DNA from: Minisyncoccota bacterium
Lineage (GTDB): Bacteria > Patescibacteriota > Minisyncoccia > Phycocordibacterales > GCA-2747955
Reading direction: 5' to 3'
Length of the DNA: 64,000 bases
Assembly: GCA_020628915.1 (NCBI GenBank)
Contig: JAHDEI010000001.1
Coordinates: forward strand, 19,985 to 83,984
Shown here one piece after another: positions 47,259-56,382 of the stretch. A program made the position numbers and the translations under genes. The notes under the pieces were generated by a model. That model was not told the origin of the DNA and did not search any database. It worked only from the letters and a program-made list of their open reading frames with translations. The stretch's first letter is position 1, and each line of letters starts with the position of its first letter.

Positions 47259-47800
47259 TACGATGCTTTAGTGCCTGGAACAATGGCCATATCAGGTTCC
47301 AGAATTGAAAAATTATCATCATCATTTACAGCAAATATCATCCCATTTGATTCGTGACCAAAAATGGTTCTTGGTTCAAGGTTGGTAACAAACATTGCTT
47401 GTCTGTCTACGAGAGACTGTACATCATCAAAGTATGTAGCAATTCCTGAGACAATTTGTCTTGATTCTGACTCTCCCACGTCTACTTTCAGTAGTAATAG
47501 TTTGTCTGACTTTTCGATCTTTTCTGCTGATAGAATCGTTCCAACACGCACTTCTACATTCTGGAATTGATCGTATGTGATCATCCCGTCTTTTTTTGTT
47601 GGCTCTTTTGCTGCCTTCACTACTGCGTCTGTTCTTTGTTTTACAGCTGATGCTGCTTCTTTTGTTTTTTCGGCTCCCTCCTTAACTAAATCAGATGCTT
47701 CATTTTTTAGATTTTCGGCTGTCTCTTTTACTTCTTGTGCAAATTCAACTGCTTCTTCTGAAGTTAAGATTTTTTTAAATTTATTGATGATGTTTTTCAT
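47258..47800 (-). CDS. tRNA-binding domain protein (CsaA/Trbp111-like) with an N-terminal coiled-coil extension
   Basis: ...ITYDQFQNVEVRVGTILSAEKIEKSDKLLLLKVDVGESESRQIVSGI... is a myf/EMAP-like OB fold. Confidence 0.7.
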   Translation of the reverse strand: MKNIINKFKKILTSEEAVEFAQEVKETAENLKNEASDLVKEGAEKTKEAASAVKQRTDAVVKAAKEPTKKDGMITYDQFQNVEVRVGTILSAEKIEKSDKLLLLKVDVGESESRQIVSGIATYFDDVQSLVDRQAMFVTNLEPRTIFGHESNGMIFAVNDDDNFSILEPDMAIVPGTKAS

Positions 47801-47834
47801 AGTGAACTTATTATATCGTAAAGAAAAAAACAGC

Positions 47835-48269
47835 CTAGCTGTTTTGTCTGTCTAAAAAAGATTGTAGGATGATGGCTGCTGCCCCATGATCAATCGGATC
47901 ATTCATGTTAACTTTGTTTGACGTACGATCTGATTTTCTGCTGCGCCTGACTGGCTTTGTTGTCCCCCACTTTGCCTGCATTGATGAAAACACTTCTGTG
48001 CAAAAAAATACCTGCAATCCCCATTCCAGCTTAATAAGTTCAGCGAACTTGTTAATATGTTCTTGAATAGTATTATCTTGACCATCCAAATTAACCGAAT
48101 GTCCCAAGACAACTGCCTGTACCCCCTCTTTTTTACATATATCACCAATAGAATTAAATGCCCCAGCAATGTTGTCTACAATTCCGTAAGCAGCAGCAAA
48201 CTGCCCTCCTGAATCTGAAATTGCCAGCCCTATTCTCTTTTTACCGTAGTCGACTCCGAGATATTTCAT
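47835..48269 (-). CDS. ruvX: Holliday junction resolvase-like protein RuvX/YqgF
   Basis: MKYLGVDYGKKRIGLAISD N-terminal motif. Confidence 0.85.
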   Translation of the reverse strand: MKYLGVDYGKKRIGLAISDSGGQFAAAYGIVDNIAGAFNSIGDICKKEGVQAVVLGHSVNLDGQDNTIQEHINKFAELIKLEWGLQVFFCTEVFSSMQAKWGTTKPVRRSRKSDRTSNKVNMNDPIDHGAAAIILQSFLDRQNS

Positions 48270-48433
48270 TATTGTTTTAATTTAAAGTCTCCCATTTCAT
48301 GGACAATTTCAAGTAGCTCTTCGTGCACTTCAGCACTTCTCTTTTCTATGTACCAGTATGCCGTAAGAATCACTACACACGTAACTACCAAAAAAAACCA
48401 CATAGGCACCTTCTGTAAAAAGAATGTTTTCAT
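48269..48433 (-). CDS. Hypothetical small membrane protein
   Basis: MKTFFLQKVPMWFFLVVTCVVILTAYWY forms a single TM helix. Confidence 0.35.
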   Translation of the reverse strand: MKTFFLQKVPMWFFLVVTCVVILTAYWYIEKRSAEVHEELLEIVHEMGDFKLKQ

Positions 48434-48480
48434 ATAAATATTGTAACAAAAACAGCGCACCTACGCGCACTGTTTTTTTG

Positions 48481-48567
48481 CGGAAGTGGAGGGATTCGAA
48501 CCCCCGGTGCCATTTCTGACACTCCGGTTTTCAAGACCGGTGCATTCAACCGCTCTGCCACACTTCC
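48481..48567 (-). tRNA. tRNA-Ser (anticodon TGA)
   Basis: Minus strand ggaagtgtggcagagcggttgaatgcaccggtctTGAaaaccgg... with a long variable arm and T-loop ggttcgaatcc. Confidence 0.85.
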
Positions 48568-48626
48568 ATGTAGGCCACATTATAAATAAATTATTTCTTT
48601 TTTCAATGTTTTGTTAAAATGAGATT

Positions 48627-49109
48627 ATGAAAAAAGAAGAAAAGCCAGTGCTCCCAGAAGTCTCTTGGATTGCTCCTGAATTTCGATACGTTGAAAAAAC
48701 CAAAGATTGGTACTGGGTTCTCTGGATTGTATGTCTTGCCATTGCAGCAGCGTCATTCATGCTGGGCAACTACACATTTGCTGTCTTAATTGGGCTTTCG
48801 GCATTCGTCTTCTCCCTACTCGCATCAAAACGTCCACAAGAACTAACAATGACTCTGGATGACACCCATGTCGTTATCCAAGAAAAAAAATACAGGGTTG
48901 ATTCATTTGAGGCCTACAATTTTTTAGTAGAAGATGAACGTCTGTTACTCAAAAGTAAAAAACAATTTGTACCACTTGTCTCGGTCCCCCTTGGCGATAG
49001 ACCGCCCGAAGGAAAATTAAGAACGTATCTTGAAATGGTTGAGTGGCAAGAAGACGATGAACTATCTGAACCTTTCATTGAGCTATTCATGGAACGCCTT
49101 GGTTTTTAA
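48627..49109 (+). CDS. Hypothetical membrane protein
   Basis: Two TM helices near the N-terminus. Confidence 0.5.
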   Translation: MKKEEKPVLPEVSWIAPEFRYVEKTKDWYWVLWIVCLAIAAASFMLGNYTFAVLIGLSAFVFSLLASKRPQELTMTLDDTHVVIQEKKYRVDSFEAYNFLVEDERLLLKSKKQFVPLVSVPLGDRPPEGKLRTYLEMVEWQEDDELSEPFIELFMERLGF

Positions 49110-49124
49110 TGTTTCAAACAAAAG

Positions 49125-49715
49125 ATGAAACTTGACCTCCCCCAGCTCTCTAAGATTGCAACCCTCTTCTTTGGCTTGATGGTCGTTCTTTTTTTTGATG
49201 AAGTTCTGATTCTAACTGAAAGCCCCATCTCATTGCTTTTGTCTTTGTTTACAGAAAGCTTTGTTGTCTCTAGTGCGCTCTCTCCCTTTGGGGCATTCTC
49301 TGTTCTCTCAGCGCAATACATACTGAGCCAAGGATTGTATGCCTATATTTTTATAGGTTTCCTTATTTCAATATCTGCTCATTTTCTCTCATTCTGGATT
49401 GGAAAAAAAGCAACAAAGAAAGAACTTAACAAGCACTACCCTTCTCTTCTTACGTTGGTACTAACATTTTCAAGCCCACAATTTGCTGCATTAACTGCAT
49501 TCGAAAGCGGGATAGAAAATTATTCATGGAAGAGGTACATGCAAATGGCCATTCCTATTTACGCAATTTGGTTTGCTGCGGCGTGTTTTATTATTTTGTA
49601 CGCTCCAATTGACTTGCGGGATCAAAAAGTTGCCTATTTTGGTTTCGTGTTTCTTGTTGGATGGATTCTCCTTCCCTACGTAAAAGATTTCTTCCAGAAA
49701 AAGCAAAACCTGTGA
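49125..49715 (+). CDS. Hypothetical polytopic membrane protein
   Basis: Five to six TM helices. Confidence 0.5.
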   Translation: MKLDLPQLSKIATLFFGLMVVLFFDEVLILTESPISLLLSLFTESFVVSSALSPFGAFSVLSAQYILSQGLYAYIFIGFLISISAHFLSFWIGKKATKKELNKHYPSLLTLVLTFSSPQFAALTAFESGIENYSWKRYMQMAIPIYAIWFAAACFIILYAPIDLRDQKVAYFGFVFLVGWILLPYVKDFFQKKQNL

Positions 49716-49740
49716 TAAAATCGTTCGCACTAGGCGAACT

Positions 49741-49770
49741 GCTCCCGTAGTTTAATGGATAAACATGCGG
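49741..49770 (+). other. tRNA 5'-fragment-like element (a partial duplicate of the downstream tRNA)
   Basis: gctcccgtagtttaatggataaa...catg matches the acceptor and D-arm of the tRNA at 49850 over about 27 nt, then diverges. It is followed by the perfect hairpin gcggaagc-a-gcttccgc. Confidence 0.4.
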
Positions 49771-49849
49771 GTTCGGTAACTATTTGGGCGGAAGCAGCTT
49801 CCGCAAATAAATATGCGCTGGTAAAAATTTAAATGAAAATATTATACTC

Positions 49850-49921
49850 GCTCCCGTAGTTTAATGGATAAAACATGGCTTTGCGGAAGCTAAACTGCAG
49901 GTTCGATTCCTGCCGGGAGCA
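49850..49921 (+). tRNA. tRNA with anticodon GCG as parsed (Arg)
   Basis: A 72-nt cloverleaf. Acceptor gctcccg/cgggagc, D-arm gttt-aatggata-aaac, anticodon arm tggct-ttGCGga-agcta (one G-U pair), T-arm gcagg-ttcgatt-cctgc. Confidence 0.7.
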
Positions 49922-50046
49922 CTAATGAAACAACTACCCCTTATGGGTATTTTGTTTTGTGAGTATTTGGATGGAATTGAAGTTTACACACAAAAAGAAC
50001 ATCTAGATGGATCATACCGAGAGCACGAATCTGATAAGATGAAGTC

Positions 50047-50559
50047 ATGTTACTTTCTACCCCACCATTTGATCCGAATTTTACAGCACGAAGCTTTTCT
50101 CTCGTTGACGTTGTCTCGGGAGAAAAATTGGATTTTGATCCAGCAAAAAGCAACGAACCATTTGTGATTGCATTTATCTGCAATCATTGTCCATATGTTA
50201 TTGCCCTCATTGATAAATTTGTAAAAATAGCGGACTCCCTCAAGGAGCATGGTATTGAAACGTATGCTGTTATGTCTAATAACTATGCTCTCTATTCTGC
50301 TGACAATCCAGAAAATATGAAGGTTTTTGCTGAGAAATACAAATTCGGATTCCCCTACCTTATTGATGAAGACCAGTTAGAAGCACGCTACTACGGTGCT
50401 GTTTGTACGCCTGATTTTTTTAGTTTCGGTGCGGACGGAAAAATGCAATATCGAGGATCTATTGATGGACTAGAAAATACCATGCTAGAGCTCAAAGAGC
50501 ACGGACAGACCTCTGCTGTACAAGTACCTAGTCAGGGATGCTCTATTAAGTGGAAATAA
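50047..50559 (+). CDS. Thioredoxin-fold protein (CxxC)
   Basis: FVIAFICNHCPYV is a thioredoxin/peroxiredoxin-like motif. Confidence 0.6.
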   Translation: MLLSTPPFDPNFTARSFSLVDVVSGEKLDFDPAKSNEPFVIAFICNHCPYVIALIDKFVKIADSLKEHGIETYAVMSNNYALYSADNPENMKVFAEKYKFGFPYLIDEDQLEARYYGAVCTPDFFSFGADGKMQYRGSIDGLENTMLELKEHGQTSAVQVPSQGCSIKWK

Positions 50560-51214
50560 TTACGCGGGCTTTATTGGTAAATAACGCTTAAAGCTTCCCT
50601 GCCTGTAGAGATCCTCAAGGTACTCTTTCTGTTCCGAACTGATGCTTGCTACCTCGTCATTTATTCCAATTTTTTCCATTAAAAAACGATCAACTTCCAA
50701 AAAAGGAATTTGTGCTAACTCTTCTGGTCGCCCACAACGTGGGTCAGCCTGTGAACTGGATTCTATTACTTCAGGTGCAACGCCAATATGCTGGCACAAT
50801 TCTAAAATTTCATACTTCCAAAGGTCCATCAATGGCAAAAAACTTGATACACGACTAGCTAGACTAAAAGATCCCATAATGTGCTCTGTCTTGTTTCTGT
50901 TCCCAATTAAAATTCTATTTTCTAATAACCCAATTTCAATACACTTCGCCCAACGAAAAAGTTCCATGTCTTCAAACACGTCTTCGGAAAGCTTCATTAT
51001 TCTTACCTTTCCCTGTGAAGCAAACCAATCATGACACCGTAAAGACTCGCCAAAATACACTCCTAATGTTCTATCTGGATATACCTGGTTATATAACCAA
51101 AAACAAAGAGCACTATCTGTCCCTCCGCTAATCGGAATCAGAATATCTGCGTTCTCCGGCGTAGTCTTTTTGATCCAATCTAATAATAGATTAATTTTCT
51201 TGTCATGATCTGTC
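50560..51214 (-). CDS. nadE: NAD+ synthetase-like PP-loop ATPase
   Basis: ILIPISGGTDSAL PP-loop. The start is set at MTDHDKKI. Confidence 0.65.
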
Positions 51215-51235
51215 ATATAATGTATATTATACACT

Positions 51236-51763
51236 ATGTATGAAGAAGTGCTACATTTTTGGTTCGATGAACTAGAGCCAACTGACTGGTTTGCAAAGGA
51301 CGACAATCTCGATGCCACGATAGTCGAGAGATTTTCTGGTTTACACAAGGCTCTTGCTACCAAACAAAAAGTGCCTTCTCTTCCCAGCGACTATCTGGCT
51401 GCCAGCATCGTTCTTGATCAATTTTCTAGAAACATGTTCCGAGGAACGGATGAGGCCTTTTTATATGACAAACTAGCACGCACACTGGCTCGAGATGTTC
51501 TCGATAAAAAAATCGACGAACAATTCGACGATCTAAAGAAACAATTTTTTTACATGCCATTTATGCATTCAGAAAATATTACAGATCACATATTCATTCT
51601 GCCTTATTTCGAATCACTCTCTCTTCCTCAGCCACTTAAATATGAGTTACTTCATAAAGAAATCATAGAAAATTTTGGTAGGTACCCCCACAGAAACGCG
51701 GTCTTAGGTCGCACCTCTACTCCTGAAGAAATCTCGTGGCTTGAGTCAAATGCTGGTTTTTAA
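51236..51763 (+). CDS. DUF924 family protein
   Basis: N-terminal ...VLHFWFDELEPTDWF... is typical of DUF924. Confidence 0.6.
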   Translation: MYEEVLHFWFDELEPTDWFAKDDNLDATIVERFSGLHKALATKQKVPSLPSDYLAASIVLDQFSRNMFRGTDEAFLYDKLARTLARDVLDKKIDEQFDDLKKQFFYMPFMHSENITDHIFILPYFESLSLPQPLKYELLHKEIIENFGRYPHRNAVLGRTSTPEEISWLESNAGF

Positions 51764-53310
51764 AAAGTAAGAAGATCTATAATCACCTCTCGATCAGATG
51801 CCCACAAGAAAGTACCCAAGCGTGGACCGCGGTCTTTGCTGATTAGCATATTGTAAATATCTTTAAAGAAGGTTCTTTGCTCCGTTTTTAGCTGCTTTTC
51901 ATCGTACTCTTCCCTCTTGGCTACTTTGTATGAGAGTGTTTCAAGATCTGTAATCGTAGGATTATCCATTGATTCAAATTCTGATCGGAATGCAGCCAAT
52001 TGATCTTTTCTGTACTCTGGCAATTCCGAAAGGTACTCAGTATTAACTGATTGATTAAAAGAGATCATCTCTTCTGCATTATATTTTTCAAGCCAGTTTC
52101 GCGCGAGAGGTAAGCGTCTTTCCACAACAGCTTTGTCGTATGGTAATTCTGACTGATCTAGAATCTCCGTAAATTTATCCGCATCCCAACCAACAATTTG
52201 CCCGAATCCAACGCATTGCCTAAATGATGGCCCTATCATGTCATGCTCTCGATCAAATTCGTCGTATTGTCTATAGATTTCACTATTAAAAGCTAGCTCA
52301 AACTGCTGGTTTGGCGCTTTTCGTTCGTACAGCCACTTAAGAAGTTCGGGTTCATAAATAGACAACAGTTGCAGTGGTGAAACCGCATTCCCTTTTGATC
52401 CAGACATCTTTGCTCCCAAGCCTTGGATTCCAACAAAACTGTACGCGACAAACACTGGCGGTGTATAATCAAAAACCTCCCGAGCCATAACAGAACCAGC
52501 GTCGTAACTGCCGCCTGTTGAGGCGTGGTCTGGTCCACCTGGCTCAAAAACTACCCCCTCATGCTTCCATCTCATTGCCCAATCTGGCTTCCAATTAAGC
52601 TTCACTCGACGGTCCTCTCGGATATTAATTGTATCTTCCTGTTTTGTGATTTTACACAGATACGTGATTGTTGAGTCTCCATCGTATGACAGAATCTTTG
52701 TTGCATCTTTATCTGTAAATTTTGAATACACAGAAATTGGGTAATATTCTTCTTTATATTGTTCTACATCAATACCTTTTGCTGCGATCGCCTTGTCCGT
52801 CATAAAAGAAACTACGATTTCAGCGATCTTGTCTCTGTGTTGTAGTGCATGCACAATTGCCTCATCGTAGACTCCGCTCCGATACATCTCGGTTTGATCA
52901 CGATATTCAATATGAATCCCAAGTTTTTCCATTGCTTCAACGAATTCTGACTGATAACGTGCGGCATATGAATCAAACTCCCCTTGTGGATCAGGCACGG
53001 CCGAAAGTGGCTTACCGATATGCTCTTCGAAAGATTCTGGCACTCCTACCGGCACTTTTCTAAATCGATCAAAGTTATCCCACGAGAAAACAAGTCGCGC
53101 TTCCCTCCCTCTCGAAATCAGCTCGTTGCGAATCATGTGTGCGGTCATCACATCCCTAAAATTTCCAAAATGAACTGTTCCTGACGGGCTAATCCCGGCA
53201 GCAGTAGTTACCACACCCTCTGGTGCATCTTTTAAAATAATATCTACCGCATCTTTGGCCCATTCTCTATTAATATGGCCCGCAATATTGAATCTACGTG
53301 ACTGTGACAT
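51760..53310 (-). CDS. lysK: Lysyl-tRNA synthetase, class I
   Basis: HIGH-like ...SPSGTVHFGNFRDV... and KMSKS-like KMSGSKGN. The architecture is that of class I LysRS. Confidence 0.85.
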   Translation of the reverse strand: MSQSRRFNIAGHINREWAKDAVDIILKDAPEGVVTTAAGISPSGTVHFGNFRDVMTAHMIRNELISRGREARLVFSWDNFDRFRKVPVGVPESFEEHIGKPLSAVPDPQGEFDSYAARYQSEFVEAMEKLGIHIEYRDQTEMYRSGVYDEAIVHALQHRDKIAEIVVSFMTDKAIAAKGIDVEQYKEEYYPISVYSKFTDKDATKILSYDGDSTITYLCKITKQEDTINIREDRRVKLNWKPDWAMRWKHEGVVFEPGGPDHASTGGSYDAGSVMAREVFDYTPPVFVAYSFVGIQGLGAKMSGSKGNAVSPLQLLSIYEPELLKWLYERKAPNQQFELAFNSEIYRQYDEFDREHDMIGPSFRQCVGFGQIVGWDADKFTEILDQSELPYDKAVVERRLPLARNWLEKYNAEEMISFNQSVNTEYLSELPEYRKDQLAAFRSEFESMDNPTITDLETLSYKVAKREEYDEKQLKTEQRTFFKDIYNMLISKDRGPRLGTFLWASDREVIIDLLTF

Positions 53311-53335
53311 TGAGACAATTTTATCACAGCATCTC

Positions 53336-53683
53336 CTAATCCCGACACTTTCCGCGAACCACTAGTTCAACCGAATTAATATCAAAGTCCTTGATGTCTA
53401 ATTTTTTTAGGATCTCCTTGTCTGAAACCGAAAAATGGATTACTTTTTCACAGCTAGAGCAGACTGCGTGGTGATGGTCAGCCATTGCGTATTCGTACAT
53501 TGATTCTGCTCCCTCAAAGACAAACTTTTTAACCAGCCCTTCTTTTACAAAAAGATCTAAATTCCTATACACCGTTGCTTGGTCAATATTTTTCAGTTGA
53601 GAAGAAAGATCACGTGCAGAAATCACACCGTGATGTTTTTTTAGTTTGTCCAAAATAGTCTGTCGTTTTACTGTTAATTTCAT
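53336..53683 (-). CDS. zur: Fur-family metalloregulator (probably Zur)
   Basis: Winged-helix N-terminus, HHH...CxxC metal sites, divergent from znuA. Confidence 0.8.
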   Translation of the reverse strand: MKLTVKRQTILDKLKKHHGVISARDLSSQLKNIDQATVYRNLDLFVKEGLVKKFVFEGAESMYEYAMADHHHAVCSSCEKVIHFSVSDKEILKKLDIKDFDINSVELVVRGKCRD

Positions 53684-53687
53684 ACCT

Positions 53688-53744
53688 GCGAATTATTTGC
53701 ATTATATATTCCCTGTGATATTATCACAAATGCAAATTATTCGC
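53688..53744. promoter_or_regulatory. Zur/Fur-box-like operator palindromes in the zur-znuA intergenic region
   Basis: Outer 15-bp inverted repeat gcgaattatttgcat...atgcaaattattcgc with one mismatch. Inner perfect palindrome tgtgata-t-tatcaca at 53714-53728. Confidence 0.65.
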
Positions 53745-53757
53745 ATAAATACTATAT

Positions 53758-54843
53758 ATGAAATACGCAATCGGAGTACTTGCTGCCCTACTAGTTTTGG
53801 CTGGAGGGTGGTACCTATTTACCAATAATCAAAGCGCTGGGAACTATTCACAATCTGCAGTGTCAACGGGAACACTAGAAGAAAAAATTGTAATCACAAC
53901 ATCGTTTTACCCCCTAGAATTCATCTCGCGAGAAATTGTAGGAGATTTGGCAACAGTTAATAATATTGGAAAAGGTCAAGATCCTCACGATTTTAGACCT
54001 GATGCAAACGATATCAAAACAATGCTTGGTTCTGATCTTGTTGTTCTACAGGGCTCAGACTTTGAACCGTGGGCTAGCGGAATCCCACAACAACTACATA
54101 GCGTAAACATTCCTTTGTTTATAGCAACAAACAACCTTGAGCTTTTAGAGTTCGAGGATGACCATAATGACCATGGAGACGAACATGATGAGGATGTACA
54201 TGACGATCGTGACAGCCATCACGATGAACACAAAGACGGGCACGGACATGATGATCATGACAGCCACAAGGAAGAAAACCCTAACAAGCACGATGAACAC
54301 GGTGACAAACACCATCATGACCATGGAGAGTTTGATCCTCACGTATGGCATGATCTTGTTCTCTTTGGGGGTGTTGTAGAAAAACTTGCTGAACAAATCT
54401 CGGCGATTGATCCAGAAAACGCTAATCAATACCAAGCAAATGCAGATAATCTACGTAGCCGAATGGACAATCTGCACAAAGATTACACCCAGAGGCTCTC
54501 AAAGTGTCAGCTGGATCAGGTAATCACATCACACGATGCGTTCCAATACGTAGCAAATCGTTATGGTTTTGAAATTCACTCAATTGGTGGGCTCTCTACA
54601 CAAGACACACCATCTGCAACAGTACTCGCTGAACTCAAAAAAGAAGCAGAAGTTGGGATCTCAGCGATTTTACTTGAAAAAAATAGTATCTCAGCCTATG
54701 GAGAGACACTTGCGCGAGAAACTGGGCTTGATACGCTTAATGTACACCCGATTGCGTTTGTAGAAGGATCATCAGAAGACTACTTTACCCTTATGAGATC
54801 TAACCTTGATACATTTGCAACTGCTTTACAATGCAATGAATAA
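53758..54843 (+). CDS. znuA: Zinc ABC transporter substrate-binding protein ZnuA with a His/Asp/Glu-rich loop
   Basis: Lipoprotein/TM N-terminus, TroA-like fold, and a long HDxH-rich insert (...HNDHGDEHDEDVHDDRDSHHDEHKDGHGHDDHDSH...). Confidence 0.85.
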   Translation: MKYAIGVLAALLVLAGGWYLFTNNQSAGNYSQSAVSTGTLEEKIVITTSFYPLEFISREIVGDLATVNNIGKGQDPHDFRPDANDIKTMLGSDLVVLQGSDFEPWASGIPQQLHSVNIPLFIATNNLELLEFEDDHNDHGDEHDEDVHDDRDSHHDEHKDGHGHDDHDSHKEENPNKHDEHGDKHHHDHGEFDPHVWHDLVLFGGVVEKLAEQISAIDPENANQYQANADNLRSRMDNLHKDYTQRLSKCQLDQVITSHDAFQYVANRYGFEIHSIGGLSTQDTPSATVLAELKKEAEVGISAILLEKNSISAYGETLARETGLDTLNVHPIAFVEGSSEDYFTLMRSNLDTFATALQCNE

Positions 54844-55534
54844 AAAAGCTATCACAGCACAAAATATTTCAAAGAAACTCGGAGACAGATTCATTCTCTC
54901 CGAGGTTTCTTTCTCTATAAAAAAGGGTTCTCTGGTTGCGCTGATTGGGCCAAATGGGGCGGGAAAATCAACGCTCGTTAAGATACTACTTGGATTAGAC
55001 AAAAAATACGAAGGTAGTTTTTCCATAGACCAAAATGAAACCATTGCATACATATCCCAACAAGAATCACATGATCGATTTGCATTGCCTATTTCTGTTG
55101 AAGAATATTTACAAGTGGGTGTAGCAACACAACTGCGAAAAAGAAAAATTAAAAAGGAGGACATGATCGCATCACTGAAGCACGTTGAACTTCCCTCAAA
55201 AATTCTTTCCCAGTCTTTTGGGACCTTGTCCGGAGGAGAACGCCAGCGTGTTGCTATTGCAAGAGCTCTTATGATTGAGCCTACGATTCTCGTCTTGGAC
55301 GAACCTCTTGCTGCAGTTGACTTTGGCGCGCGTGACGGGCTTTACAAACTAATTCGACATCTGCAACAAGACCATTCAATCACTACTCTATTGATTTCTC
55401 ATGATGTACAAAGCATCATCCCAATCAGTGATGAGATACTGTGCCTCAACCAAACTATCCACGGAGGATGTCACCCACTGGCGTTTATTGCTGGGAAATA
55501 CGAATCACACCAAGGCGTTCACCACCACTGCTAA
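54836..55534 (+). CDS. znuC: Zinc ABC transporter ATP-binding protein ZnuC
   Basis: Walker A LIGPNGAGKST and signature LSGGERQRV. It overlaps the znuA stop by 8 nt. Confidence 0.85.
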   Translation: MNKKAITAQNISKKLGDRFILSEVSFSIKKGSLVALIGPNGAGKSTLVKILLGLDKKYEGSFSIDQNETIAYISQQESHDRFALPISVEEYLQVGVATQLRKRKIKKEDMIASLKHVELPSKILSQSFGTLSGGERQRVAIARALMIEPTILVLDEPLAAVDFGARDGLYKLIRHLQQDHSITTLLISHDVQSIIPISDEILCLNQTIHGGCHPLAFIAGKYESHQGVHHHC

Positions 55535-55537
55535 TTT

Positions 55538-56344
55538 ATGGAATTATTTACTTACACATTTGTCCAATATGCATTCTTTGGTGGCACAGCCATGGCAATC
55601 TTGGCTGGCGTGCTTGGTCCTTTTGTTGTGCAAAGCAAACAATCGGTAGCATCTGACATGTTTGCACACGTTGCCCTAGCGGGAATTGGAGGTGCTTTGG
55701 TCCTTGGATTCGCTCCTTGGTGGGGCGCACTCCCCGCTCTACTGATCGTCAGTTCGCTGATGTGGTGGCTACAAGATTCACATTCATATAGCCCTGATTC
55801 GCTTGCCATGTTCTTTCTGAGTGGAGGTCTGGCACTAGCCTTAGCATTTGTGCACGTCGCTAAAAACACCACGTTTTCTTTTGAAAATTACCTCTTTGGG
55901 AGCATTCTGACGCTCACCAAGACTGATATTGTTGCTATTTATATCTCTGCAGTCATCGTTATCGCGCTTGTTTGGTACTTTTGGTACCAATTGATTGGTG
56001 CAACAAGAGAACCAATTCACATTACACCCCATAACAATACTTCAAAAATAGTCTTACTTGTTTACTTTTGGGTTTTGGCCCTTGTTGTGTGGATCGGAAT
56101 CAAAACGATTGGAGGTTTACTGATTGGCGCCCTCTTGGTGATACCTGTTCTAACTGTTTGCAACTGGACCTCCTCATTTAAAACACTTGTTTTTGGATCA
56201 GTGATTGTTTCATTATTGTCCATGATTCTTGGACTGCTCGTGGCTCTCTTTATAGACATCCCTCCAAGCAGCCTTATTGTTGGTATGGCAATTCTACTTT
56301 TCATTTTCCAAACACTTGTAAAGAAATTTGTATTCACGTCCTAG
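55538..56344 (+). CDS. znuB: Zinc ABC transporter permease ZnuB
   Basis: An ABC-3 family permease with eight TM helices. Confidence 0.8.
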   Translation: MELFTYTFVQYAFFGGTAMAILAGVLGPFVVQSKQSVASDMFAHVALAGIGGALVLGFAPWWGALPALLIVSSLMWWLQDSHSYSPDSLAMFFLSGGLALALAFVHVAKNTTFSFENYLFGSILTLTKTDIVAIYISAVIVIALVWYFWYQLIGATREPIHITPHNNTSKIVLLVYFWVLALVVWIGIKTIGGLLIGALLVIPVLTVCNWTSSFKTLVFGSVIVSLLSMILGLLVALFIDIPPSSLIVGMAILLFIFQTLVKKFVFTS

Positions 56345-56382
56345 CTCCTTACGGTTTATTTTGAATCATTTATAATAGAGAT

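Noticed and set aside
49925-50167. An 80-aa ORF (MKQLPLMGILF...) overlapping the start of the thioredoxin-fold gene.
   Set aside because: It overlaps a better-supported ORF in another frame, has no RBS, and begins immediately at the tRNA 3' end.
54145-54435. Repetitive His/Asp-codon stretch with minus- and plus-strand shadow ORFs.
   Set aside because: It corresponds to the His-rich metal-binding loop of ZnuA in frame. It is low complexity at the protein level, not a CRISPR array or tandem repeat array.
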